From: an uncultured Acidobacteriota bacterium
Lineage (GTDB): Bacteria > Acidobacteriota > Thermoanaerobaculia > Multivoradales > UBA5704
Direction of reading: 5' to 3'
DNA length: 64,000 nucleotides
Assembly (NCBI GenBank): GCA_963700145.1
Contig: OY969474.1
Coordinates: 4,640,001 to 4,704,000 of the forward strand
The translations under genes were made by a program, and so were the position numbers. Shown here in pieces: positions 56,632 to 64,000 of the stretch (position 1 is the first letter of the stretch; each line of letters opens with the position of its first letter). The notes beneath the pieces were generated by a model. That model was not told the origin of the DNA, searched no databases, and saw only the letters and a list, made by a program, of their open reading frames with translations.

Positions 56632-56739
56632 ATGCCCGAACCCGCTCGCCGCGCGGCGCAACCCGCTGATTCCGGGCGGCGCCCGCGCTTGACGGCGTTT
56701 GCGCACTGGCGTAGAGAAGCGCGCGCAAACCACCGTCCG

Positions 56740-59700
56740 ATGAGCGTCCACGCGCCCGCCGTCGAGCTGCGGCACCCGTCGCTGGTGCCGGCGCCGGGCG
56801 CACTGTCGCTCGCCGACGCCCGCCTCACCGACCGCGAGCGGCTGGCGCTCCTCCTCCAGGGGGCGGCCCTCCTCGCGCACCTCCGGCACGCCGGCTGGGC
56901 GTTGCACGATGGTTGGCGCAGCGCCGCGGTCGCTCCGGCCGGCCGGCTCGTCGTCGCCGGCGCCGGTCCCGGCAAGTCGCGGCGCCTGCCGCAGGAGCTG
57001 CTGCGCGAGCTGCTGGCGTCGCTCTTTGGAGCGGGCGAGTCGATCGCCGGCCGCGGCGAGGCGCGGCGTGCCGCCCGCGTCCTGCTCGAGCCCTGGCGGC
57101 AGGGGCTCGTGCCGCTCGCGCCCGACGCGGCGGTGGGGCAGGTGCTGGAGGCGGCGCCCTTCCTCTGGGGTGCGCCGTTCGGCGAGGCCCGGCTGGCGCT
57201 CGCCGCCGAGCACGCGCTGAACGGCACGGTTCAGCTTTGGCTCGCCGGGCCGGCGCGCTTCCGCCGCGCCCTCCTCGCCGGCGGGCCCGACCGCGCGGCG
57301 CTGGCGGCGCTCCTCGGGTCGCCGGACGCGCGCGCCGCCTGGGAGGCGGCGGATGGGCGCGAGCCCGCCGCCCTCGCTCGCGCCGGCCGCTCGCGCGCCG
57401 CCCTCGCCGCTTGGCGGGGACGCCCGCCCCGGTCGGCAGAGGAGCGCGGCCTCCGCCTCCGCTGCCAGGCGCGGCTCGGCCGGCTGGGCGCGGCGCGGGC
57501 CGCGCTCCGCCGCCTGGAGGACGCCCCGCTCGGGCCGGACGAGCTCGTGGACCTCGCCGAGATCGCGTCGCGCGTCCTCGCCAACAGCGCCGAGCCGGAG
57601 CGCGCGGCGCGCTGGGTGGAGCGGGCGCTCGCCGCCGGACGGGAGGCCGGGCCGCCGCTCGCGCAGCGCGCCGAGCTGGTGGCCGCCGAGGCGGCCTGGG
57701 ACCGGCGGGACGCCGCGGCGATGGACCGCCACCTGGAGGCGGCACGCGCGGCGCTCGACGAGCCGGCCCTCGCCTGGCGCTGGCACCACGTCGCGGCGCT
57801 GCGGGCATTCCGGCAGCCGGCGGGCGGGCCCGCCGCCGTCGCGCACCTGACGCGCGCCTTCGCCGCGCGGCGGCGGCTCTCGCCCCACGAGGCGGCCGGC
57901 CTCTGGAACGACCTCGGGCTGGCGCGCGCGCAGGCCGGCGACCTCGCCGGCACCGAGCGGGCCTTCCGCCACGCAGCGCGCCTCCTGGCCGGCGGCGACG
58001 GCCCGCGGCAGACGACGCTGGCGCTCTACAACCTGGCGGAGGTCCGGGTGCGGCGCGGGCGGCTCGCCGGTGTGCGCGAGGTGCTGGAGCGCTCGACGGC
58101 GGCGAACCGCCTCGCCGGCAACCTGCGCGGCCTCACCCACGACATTGAGCTCTGGGTGCGCCTCGAGCTGGCGCAGGGGCGGCCGGCTGCGGCGCTCGCC
58201 CTGTGCCGCGGGCAGCTCGCCGAGCTGGACCGCCAGGGCTCGGACTGGCGGCGCGCCGAGCTGCGGGTGCTGGCGGCGCGCGCCCTCGGCTGGCTCGGCC
58301 GGGCCGACGAGGCCGCGGCCGAGTTGGCGGAGACCACCGCCGAGGCCCGCGCCGAGCTCGAGCCGGAGGAGCGGCCGGCGCTCTGGGCGCACGCCGGCCG
58401 GCGCGAGGAGGCGCTGCGCGAGGCGGCGGGGAGCCCGCTCGCGCCGCTCTGGCAGGCGCTGCTCGAAGGGCGGGCCGTGCCGGCGCCGGAATGGGACGCG
58501 CTCGGCGCCCTCGAGCCCTTCCGCGCCGCGCGGCTGGTCTTCGACGCCGAGCTGCTCCTCCCCGGCTGCGCGCCGCCGCACTGGGTGCGGCGCGCCGTGG
58601 CGGCGCTGCGCGAGGTGGGCGCCGGCCTGCCGGCCGAGCGGCTGGAGCGGCGGCACCCCGAGCCCTGGCGCGCGCTCGCCACGTACTTGGAAGCGCGCGA
58701 CGGCGAGCGTGCCGAGATCGGCGCGTCCTGGCCGCGCCTCCTCGCCGAGGCCGGGCATCCGGAGGCCGAGCTGTGCTGGACGCGCGACGGCGATGACGAC
58801 AGCGACGGCGAGAAGAGCGTGCTGGCGGCCGGCGCCGGTGGAGCGGAGGCGCTCTCGGCCGAGGCCGGCGGCGGCCGGCTCACCTTGCGCGCGCCGGCGG
58901 TCGACGAGGTGCTGGCGGCGCTCTTCGCCCTCGCCCGCCGCGAGCTGGACGGCGACGGCCGCCGCCATGCCGCGGGCCGCACTCCGCCCGCGGCTTCCCA
59001 CCTCGCCGCCGGCCGCGGCGGCATCGCCGGCCGCAGCCCCGCGCTGCTCGCCGCGGTGGCGCGCCTGGAGAAGCTGGCCGCCACGCCGCTCGCGGTCCTG
59101 GTGCAGGGGGAGAGCGGCACCGGCAAGGAGCTGGCGGCGCGGCTCGTCCACCGCCTCTCGCCGCGCGCCCGCGCGCCCTTCGTCGCGGTCAACTGCGCCG
59201 CCCTCTCCGAGGCCCTCCTCCTCTCCGACCTCTTCGGCCACGTGCGCGGCTCCTTCACCGGCGCCGACCGCGACCGCGCCGGCGTCTTCGAGACGGCGCA
59301 GGGCGGCACCGTCTTCCTCGACGAGATCGGCGACCTGCCGCCGGCGGCACAGGGGATGCTGTTGCGCGTGCTCCAGGAGGGGGAGGTGCGGCGCGTCGGC
59401 GAGAGCTTGGCGCGCAAGGTGGACGTCCGGGTGGTGGCGGCCACCCATCGCGACCTCGCGGCGCGGGTGCGCGACGGCAGCTTCCGCGAGGACCTCTTCT
59501 ACCGCCTGAAGGTGGCGAGCGTCGAGCTGCCGCCGCTGCGCGCGCGCGGCGACGACGTGCTGCTCCTCGCCGAGCACTTCCTCGCCAAGCAGGCGGCGCC
59601 GGACCCGGCGCCGGCCCTCTCGCCGGCGGCGCGGAGCGCGCTCCGGGCGCACCGCTGGCCGGGCAACGTGCGCGAGCTGGGCAACGTCCTGGCGGTGGCC

Positions 59701-59952
59701 GCGGCGCTGGCCGGCGGCGGGCCGATCCTCCCCGAGCACCTGGAGCTGCCGGCGGCGGCGGGGGCGAGCGACGGGAGCGGCGCGACGGCGGATGGACCGT
59801 CCGACTACCACCGCCGGGTGGACGCCTTCCGCCGCAAGCTGGTGGAGGACGCGCTGGCGGAGGAGGGCGGCAACCGCGCCGCGGCGGCGCGGCGGCTGGG
59901 GCTCTCGCGGCAGGCGCTGTCGTATCTGGCCCGGCAGCTCGGGCTTGTCTAG
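56740..59952 (+). CDS. Sigma-54-dependent Fis-family activator with large helical/TPR-like N-terminus
   Basis: [38 protein letters not shown]-terminal HTH; start uncertain (56632 or 56740). Confidence 0.88.
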   Translation: MSVHAPAVELRHPSLVPAPGALSLADARLTDRERLALLLQGAALLAHLRHAGWALHDGWRSAAVAPAGRLVVAGAGPGKSRRLPQELLRELLASLFGAGESIAGRGEARRAARVLLEPWRQGLVPLAPDAAVGQVLEAAPFLWGAPFGEARLALAAEHALNGTVQLWLAGPARFRRALLAGGPDRAALAALLGSPDARAAWEAADGREPAALARAGRSRAALAAWRGRPPRSAEERGLRLRCQARLGRLGAARAALRRLEDAPLGPDELVDLAEIASRVLANSAEPERAARWVERALAAGREAGPPLAQRAELVAAEAAWDRRDAAAMDRHLEAARAALDEPALAWRWHHVAALRAFRQPAGGPAAVAHLTRAFAARRRLSPHEAAGLWNDLGLARAQAGDLAGTERAFRHAARLLAGGDGPRQTTLALYNLAEVRVRRGRLAGVREVLERSTAANRLAGNLRGLTHDIELWVRLELAQGRPAAALALCRGQLAELDRQGSDWRRAELRVLAARALGWLGRADEAAAELAETTAEARAELEPEERPALWAHAGRREEALREAAGSPLAPLWQALLEGRAVPAPEWDALGALEPFRAARLVFDAELLLPGCAPPHWVRRAVAALREVGAGLPAERLERRHPEPWRALATYLEARDGERAEIGASWPRLLAEAGHPEAELCWTRDGDDDSDGEKSVLAAGAGGAEALSAEAGGGRLTLRAPAVDEVLAALFALARRELDGDGRRHAAGRTPPAASHLAAGRGGIAGRSPALLAAVARLEKLAATPLAVLVQGESGTGKELAARLVHRLSPRARAPFVAVNCAALSEALLLSDLFGHVRGSFTGADRDRAGVFETAQGGTVFLDEIGDLPPAAQGMLLRVLQEGEVRRVGESLARKVDVRVVAATHRDLAARVRDGSFREDLFYRLKVASVELPPLRARGDDVLLLAEHFLAKQAAPDPAPALSPAARSALRAHRWPGNVRELGNVLAVAAALAGGGPILPEHLELPAAAGASDGSGATADGPSDYHRRVDAFRRKLVEDALAEEGGNRAAAARRLGLSRQALSYLARQLGLV

Positions 59953-59961
59953 GAGGGGGCC

Positions 59962-60885
59962 ATGAGCCGCTACCTCCTCCGCCGCCTGGCGCAGATGCTG
60001 CCGATCGCGCTGCTGGTCGCGACGCTGGTCTTCTCGCTGCTCCACCTGATCCCTGGCGACCCGGTGGAGGTGATGCTCGGCGAGGGCGCGCAAGCCGCCG
60101 ACGTCGCGGCGCTGCGCGCCGAGCTGGGGCTCGACCGGCCGCTGGGCGAGCAGTACCTGGCCTTCCTCGGCGGGCTCGGCCGCTTCGACCTCGGCACCTC
60201 GCTCCACTCCGGCGAGCCGGTGACGGCGGTGCTCCTGGCGCACCTGCCGGCGACGCTTGAGCTGGCCTGCGCGGCGATGCTGGTGGCGCTGGCGCTGTCG
60301 CTGCCGCTCGGCACGCTCGCTGCCTTCCACCACGGGCGGGCGGCGGACCACGTGTCGCGCGCGGTAGCGGTGCTCGGGGTGGCGCTGCCGAACTTCTGGC
60401 TCGGGCCGATGTTGATCCTGCTCTTCTCGGTGCAGCTCGGATGGCTGCCGGTGTCGGGGCGGGAGGGGGTCGCGAGCCTGGTGCTGCCGGCGGTAACGCT
60501 GGGGGCGGGGCTGTCGGCGCTGTTGACGCGGCTGGTGCGGGCGTCGGTGGCGGAGGAGCTGGGGCGGCCGTATCTGGCGACGGCGTTGGCGAAGGGGGTG
60601 TCGCGGGCGCGCGCGGTGGTGGTGCACGCGCTGCGCAACGCGCTGGTGCCGGCGCTGACGGTGGCGGCGCTGCAGTTCGGGGCGCTGCTAACCGGGGCGA
60701 TCGTGACGGAGACGGTGTTTTCCTGGCCGGGATTGGGGAGATTGCTGATCGAGGGGATCAGGCTGCGCGATTACCCGCTCGTCCAAGGTGGTGTGCTGCT
60801 GATCGCTTGGACCTACTTGCTGGTGAACTTGGCCACCGACCTCGCCTACGCCTGGCTCGACCCGCGGATGCGGGAGAGCAACTAA
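59962..60885 (+). CDS. Peptide/nickel ABC permease (DppB-like)
   Basis: PGDP, DLGTS, PNFWLG, HALRNA, ETVFSWPGLG, RDYP. Confidence 0.93.
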   Translation: MSRYLLRRLAQMLPIALLVATLVFSLLHLIPGDPVEVMLGEGAQAADVAALRAELGLDRPLGEQYLAFLGGLGRFDLGTSLHSGEPVTAVLLAHLPATLELACAAMLVALALSLPLGTLAAFHHGRAADHVSRAVAVLGVALPNFWLGPMLILLFSVQLGWLPVSGREGVASLVLPAVTLGAGLSALLTRLVRASVAEELGRPYLATALAKGVSRARAVVVHALRNALVPALTVAALQFGALLTGAIVTETVFSWPGLGRLLIEGIRLRDYPLVQGGVLLIAWTYLLVNLATDLAYAWLDPRMRESN

Positions 60886-60926
60886 TCACTAATTTCCCCC
60901 CGCCCGCCCTTCTTGCTGCGGCCGTT

Positions 60927-61110
60927 CCGGTGTGGGGTCCCGCAGGTCTCCTCCGCGCCGGGCGCTCCTTTGTGTCCGCGCTTCGCGTGCTGGTACAGGG
61001 GCGGGTTGCCAGCAAACACCGCGGTGGCTCCGGCGCCTCGCACGGTGGACTGCCAGGGGGAGCGGACGGAGCGCCCGGCGCTCCAGAGATCCTGCGGGCC
61101 CTAGAACCGG
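60927..61110. repeat. Imperfect long inverted-repeat element
   Basis: CCCGCAGG...GCGCCGGGCGCTCC pairs with GGAGCGCCCGGCGC...CCTGCGGG. Confidence 0.45.
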
Positions 61111-61128
61111 TGGTGGAGCCCCTGCCTA

Positions 61129-61213
61129 TGTCATCCCGAGCGTGAGCGAGGGATCTGGGGGCAGGGTGGCGCGAAGGCCCCCGCCCAGATCCTTCGCTTC
61201 ACTCAGGATGACA
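61129..61213. repeat. Full TGTCATCCCGAGC...CAGGATGACA palindromic element
   Basis: Same family as the copy at 35825. Confidence 0.85.
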
Positions 61214-61347
61214 AGGAGGCGTCGTTGCGTGTGGGCGGGGGCGACGTCACTTCAGAGATTCGAGTCATGGCGCCGCGTGATGTGCCGGGCCGGGTGGCCC
61301 GGCATCTCACGCGGCACTATCCGCCCCGCGCGGTGCCCTCTTTCTTC

Positions 61348-61833
61348 TTATATGTGTGAGCGAAGGACTTCCGTAATCTGAAGCAACCCGTCGCGATCGA
61401 TCTCATCGAACGCCGCAATCTCGTGCGAATCGATATCCAGGACTGCGACGAGCGCGCCGGTGCGATCGAGAATGGGGACGACGATTTCCGAGCGCGCGGA
61501 TTCGTCGCAGGCGATGTGGCCGGGGAAGGCGTGGACGTCGGGAACGAGCTGGACAGTGCGGGTGCGCGCCGCGGCGCCGCAGACGCCGCGGTCGAAAGGG
61601 ATCTCGAGGCAACCGAGCGGCCCTTGATACGGCCCGACGCGCAGCAGCCCCGGCGCCACGACGCGATAGAAACCGGTCCAGCTCGCGGCCGGCAGCGCGC
61701 GATGGATCAGACAGGCCGCCGTCGCCATCGAGGTGATCGGATCATCCACGCCTTCGAGCACCGACGCGAGCTCCACCGCCAGCCGCCGGTAGGCCTCGAC
61801 CCTCTCCATGACGTCAGGGATCACGATCTCCAC
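61348..61833 (-). CDS. GAF-domain free methionine-R-sulfoxide reductase-like (MsrC/YebR)
   Basis: WTGFY, GPYQG..GC, GVCG, HAFPGHIACD, SEIVVP. Confidence 0.9.
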   Translation of the reverse strand: MEIVIPDVMERVEAYRRLAVELASVLEGVDDPITSMATAACLIHRALPAASWTGFYRVVAPGLLRVGPYQGPLGCLEIPFDRGVCGAAARTRTVQLVPDVHAFPGHIACDESARSEIVVPILDRTGALVAVLDIDSHEIAAFDEIDRDGLLQITEVLRSHI

Positions 61834-61858
61834 GGCGCGGCATCGTAGCATCGGCCTC

Positions 61859-62683
61859 ATGAGCCGCTGGCGGAACTTGCCGCGCGGCGCCGTCGTCGGC
61901 GGCGCCGTGCTTCTCGTGTTGTGCGCCGCCGCGCTCTTCGCGCCGTGGCTCTCGCCGTACGACCCGCTCGCGCAACAGCTCGAGCTCCGCCTCCAGCCGC
62001 CGTCGCTCGCTCATCCGCTCGGGCTCGACGAGCTCGGGCGCGACGTCCTGTCGCGGCTCCTCTTCGGCGCCCGCACCTCGCTCGCCGTCGGGCTCGCGGT
62101 GGTCCTCGTCGCCGGCTCGATCGGCACCGCCATCGGCGCCGTCGCCGGCTTCGCCGGCGGCCGCGTCGACGCTCTGCTCATGCGCGCCACCGACGTCTTC
62201 CTCGCCTTTCCGGGGATCCTTCTCGCCATCGCTTTCGTCGCCGTGCTCGGACCGGCGCTGTCGCACGTCGTCCTGGCGTTGGTGCTGATCGGTTGGGTGG
62301 GTTACGCACGCCTGGTGCGCGCCCAGGTGCGGCAGTGGACGGCGCGCGACTTCGTGCTGGCGGCGCGCGCCGCCGGGCTGCCGCGGCGGCGGATCGTGCT
62401 GCGCCACCTGCTGCCCAACGTCCTGCCCGAGCTGACCGTGCAGGCCACGCTCGGGCTGGCCGGCGCCATCCTCGCCGAGGCCGGTCTCTCCTTCCTTGGC
62501 CTCGGCATCGAGCCGCCGGCGCCGTCGTGGGGGAGCATGATCAACGCCGGCCGCAGCCACCTCCTCGACGCGCCGCACCTTTCGCTTTTCCCGGGGCTGG
62601 CCATCGTCGTCGCCGTCGTCGGCCTGCACCTACTGGGCGACGGCGTCCTCGACCTCCTGGACCCCCGCCGCCCGCGCTCCTGA
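61859..62683 (+). CDS. Peptide/nickel ABC permease (DppC-like)
   Basis: HPLGLDELGRDV, RHLLPN, EAGLSFLGLG, PSWG. Confidence 0.93.
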   Translation: MSRWRNLPRGAVVGGAVLLVLCAAALFAPWLSPYDPLAQQLELRLQPPSLAHPLGLDELGRDVLSRLLFGARTSLAVGLAVVLVAGSIGTAIGAVAGFAGGRVDALLMRATDVFLAFPGILLAIAFVAVLGPALSHVVLALVLIGWVGYARLVRAQVRQWTARDFVLAARAAGLPRRRIVLRHLLPNVLPELTVQATLGLAGAILAEAGLSFLGLGIEPPAPSWGSMINAGRSHLLDAPHLSLFPGLAIVVAVVGLHLLGDGVLDLLDPRRPRS

Positions 62684-62736
62684 CGTCTGCGATCATCGAA
62701 AGGCAAGCGATTCGCAACTTGTCTCGCAGGCGCAAC

Positions 62737-62765
62737 TTGACATTGTTCATACAGACTTTGATAAT
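62737..62765 (+). promoter_or_regulatory. Near-consensus sigma70 promoter
   Basis: TTGACA-17 nt-GATAAT in an AT-rich patch; GGAGG RBS near 62819. Confidence 0.7.
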
Positions 62766-62833
62766 GACCCGACCTTGAGCGGCCGGACCGCTCATTTCCG
62801 TTCCTTTCCAACGCGCATGGAGGACCTCTGCTA

Positions 62834-63643
62834 ATGGCAGAACCCGACACGTCGGCGTCGCAGGGCGGGGAGGGCCGCCGCACCTACACCCTCTCGGACG
62901 TCGCCAAGAAGACGGGCATCTCGATGCCCACGTTGCAGCGCTACAAGAAGCTTTATCAAAGCCGTCTCCCCTCCGTAGGACAAGGCCGCAAGCAGCGTTA
63001 TCCCGAGGAAGCCCTCGCCGTCTTCGAAGAGATCAAGGTAGAGAGCGCGGGCCGCCGCGGGCGGCCGCGCAAGGATCCGTCGGCGCCGAGACCGGCGCGC
63101 ACCGCCACGCCGAAGCGCCGCGCCAGGGCCGCGCGACGCGGTCGTCCTCCCGGTCGTCCGCCGGGACGTCCACGGCGCGGTCGTCCTCCCGGGCGTCCGC
63201 CGGGACGTCCCGCACGGCGCGGTCGTCCGCCCGGTCGTCCGCCGGGACAGGCGCGGCGCGGTCGTCCCCCCGGTCGTCGCACCGGGACCGGCGGCCTGCT
63301 CACGCTGACCTCGGTCAGCGAGCGGACCGGGATCTCCTACCCGACGTTGGTGCGTTACGTGAAGCTCTACTCCAGCCGCCTGCCGCACGTCGGCAGCGGT
63401 CGCGCGCGGCGCTTCAAGCCCGAGGCGGTCGAGGTCTTCCGCGAGCTGCGGCAGCAGAGCGGCCGCGGCGGCCGCCGCCGCGGTCCCGGCCGCCCGGCCG
63501 GTGAGGGCGGGCGTCGTCGCGGGCGTCCGCCGGGGAGCGCGAGCGGCGTCGCGGGTCGCCTGCGGGCGCTCGAGAAGTCGCAGGCGGCGCTCGAGAAGCG
63601 GATGAAGCGCTTCGTGAGCAGCGTGACGAAGCTGTTCAAGTAG
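62834..63643 (+). CDS. Tandem MerR-like HTH protein with RGRP (AT-hook-like) repeats and C-terminal coiled coil
   Basis: TLSDVAKKTGISMPTLQRY and TLTSVSERTGISYPTLVRY; six RGRP motifs. Confidence 0.8.
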   Translation: MAEPDTSASQGGEGRRTYTLSDVAKKTGISMPTLQRYKKLYQSRLPSVGQGRKQRYPEEALAVFEEIKVESAGRRGRPRKDPSAPRPARTATPKRRARAARRGRPPGRPPGRPRRGRPPGRPPGRPARRGRPPGRPPGQARRGRPPGRRTGTGGLLTLTSVSERTGISYPTLVRYVKLYSSRLPHVGSGRARRFKPEAVEVFRELRQQSGRGGRRRGPGRPAGEGGRRRGRPPGSASGVAGRLRALEKSQAALEKRMKRFVSSVTKLFK

Positions 63644-64000
63644 CCGCGGCGGTCAAGTGGTCCCAGCCGGCGGGGGGCAGCGTCCGCTGCCTCCCGCCGG
63701 TCGCCAGCCGCACACCGCGCCCCGCGGTGATCGTTCCGATCCTCCGACAGCCAAATGCCGGCGGCGGCCCCGCGCGAGCGGGCAGCGTGAAGAGCAGCAC
63801 GTAGTCCTCGCCGCCGCCGAGCGCCAGCTCCAGCGGCTCGCGCCCGAGCCGCGCGCAGAGCGCGGCGAAGCCGCGCGGCAGCGGCAGCCGTTCCGCCTCG
63901 ACGACCGCTCCCACGCCGCTCGCCGCGCAGAGGCGGTGGAGGTCGCGCGCCAGGCCGTCCGAGACGTCGATCGCCGCCCCCGCCGCGCCGCGCCGCTCGC
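63636..64000 (-). CDS. thiL: Thiamine-monophosphate kinase, C-terminal part (starts beyond the window)
   Basis: AAIDVSDGLARDL, GGGEDYVLLFT, GWDH. Confidence 0.9.
   Translation of the reverse strand, partial: ERRGAAGAAIDVSDGLARDLHRLCAASGVGAVVEAERLPLPRGFAALCARLGREPLELALGGGEDYVLLFTLPARAGPPPAFGCRRIGTITAGRGVRLATGGRQRTLPPAGWDHLTAAAT

Noticed and set aside
55312-60627. 1771-aa minus-strand ORF and similar long ORFs (14866-19122 5' part, 16437-19337, 36020-38746, 24860-27262)
   Set aside because: Antisense or off-frame shadows of clear genes in high-GC DNA
63130-63280. GGTCGTCCNCC tandem repeats as a non-coding element
   Set aside because: Fully explained as codons of the GRPP repeats in the HTH protein

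Overview
High-GC bacterial DNA; the GWxTD, CRTAC1/multiheme-TPR and MbtH gene content suggests Acidobacteriota (inference). The backbone is housekeeping and metabolic: ggt, peptidases, ABC systems, folE, fabH-like, ugd, mla, plsC, mrp, lpxH, aroA and thiL. Small accessory islands interrupt it. (1) An AAA_14/DUF4143 ATPase plus a Schlafen/AlbA_2 gene pair. (2) A 21-bp palindromic tandem array split by an IS256, followed by toxin-less antitoxins and an EVE-nuclease gene. (3) A second 21-bp array with different sequence but the same 6-7-6-2 geometry, followed by a mosaic of synonymously diverged fragments of three neighbouring genes, a broken VapBC-like pair, and an integrase-less integron cassette array that includes a TIR/SEFIR gene. 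Also notable: NRPS accessory genes with no NRPS in the window, a degenerate ClpX-like ATPase, a double-HTH protein with six AT-hook-like motifs, MITE/REP-like elements, and apparent leaderless or bidirectional promoters. No rRNA, tRNA or CRISPR array was seen. All calls come from reading motifs by eye; no database searches were run.
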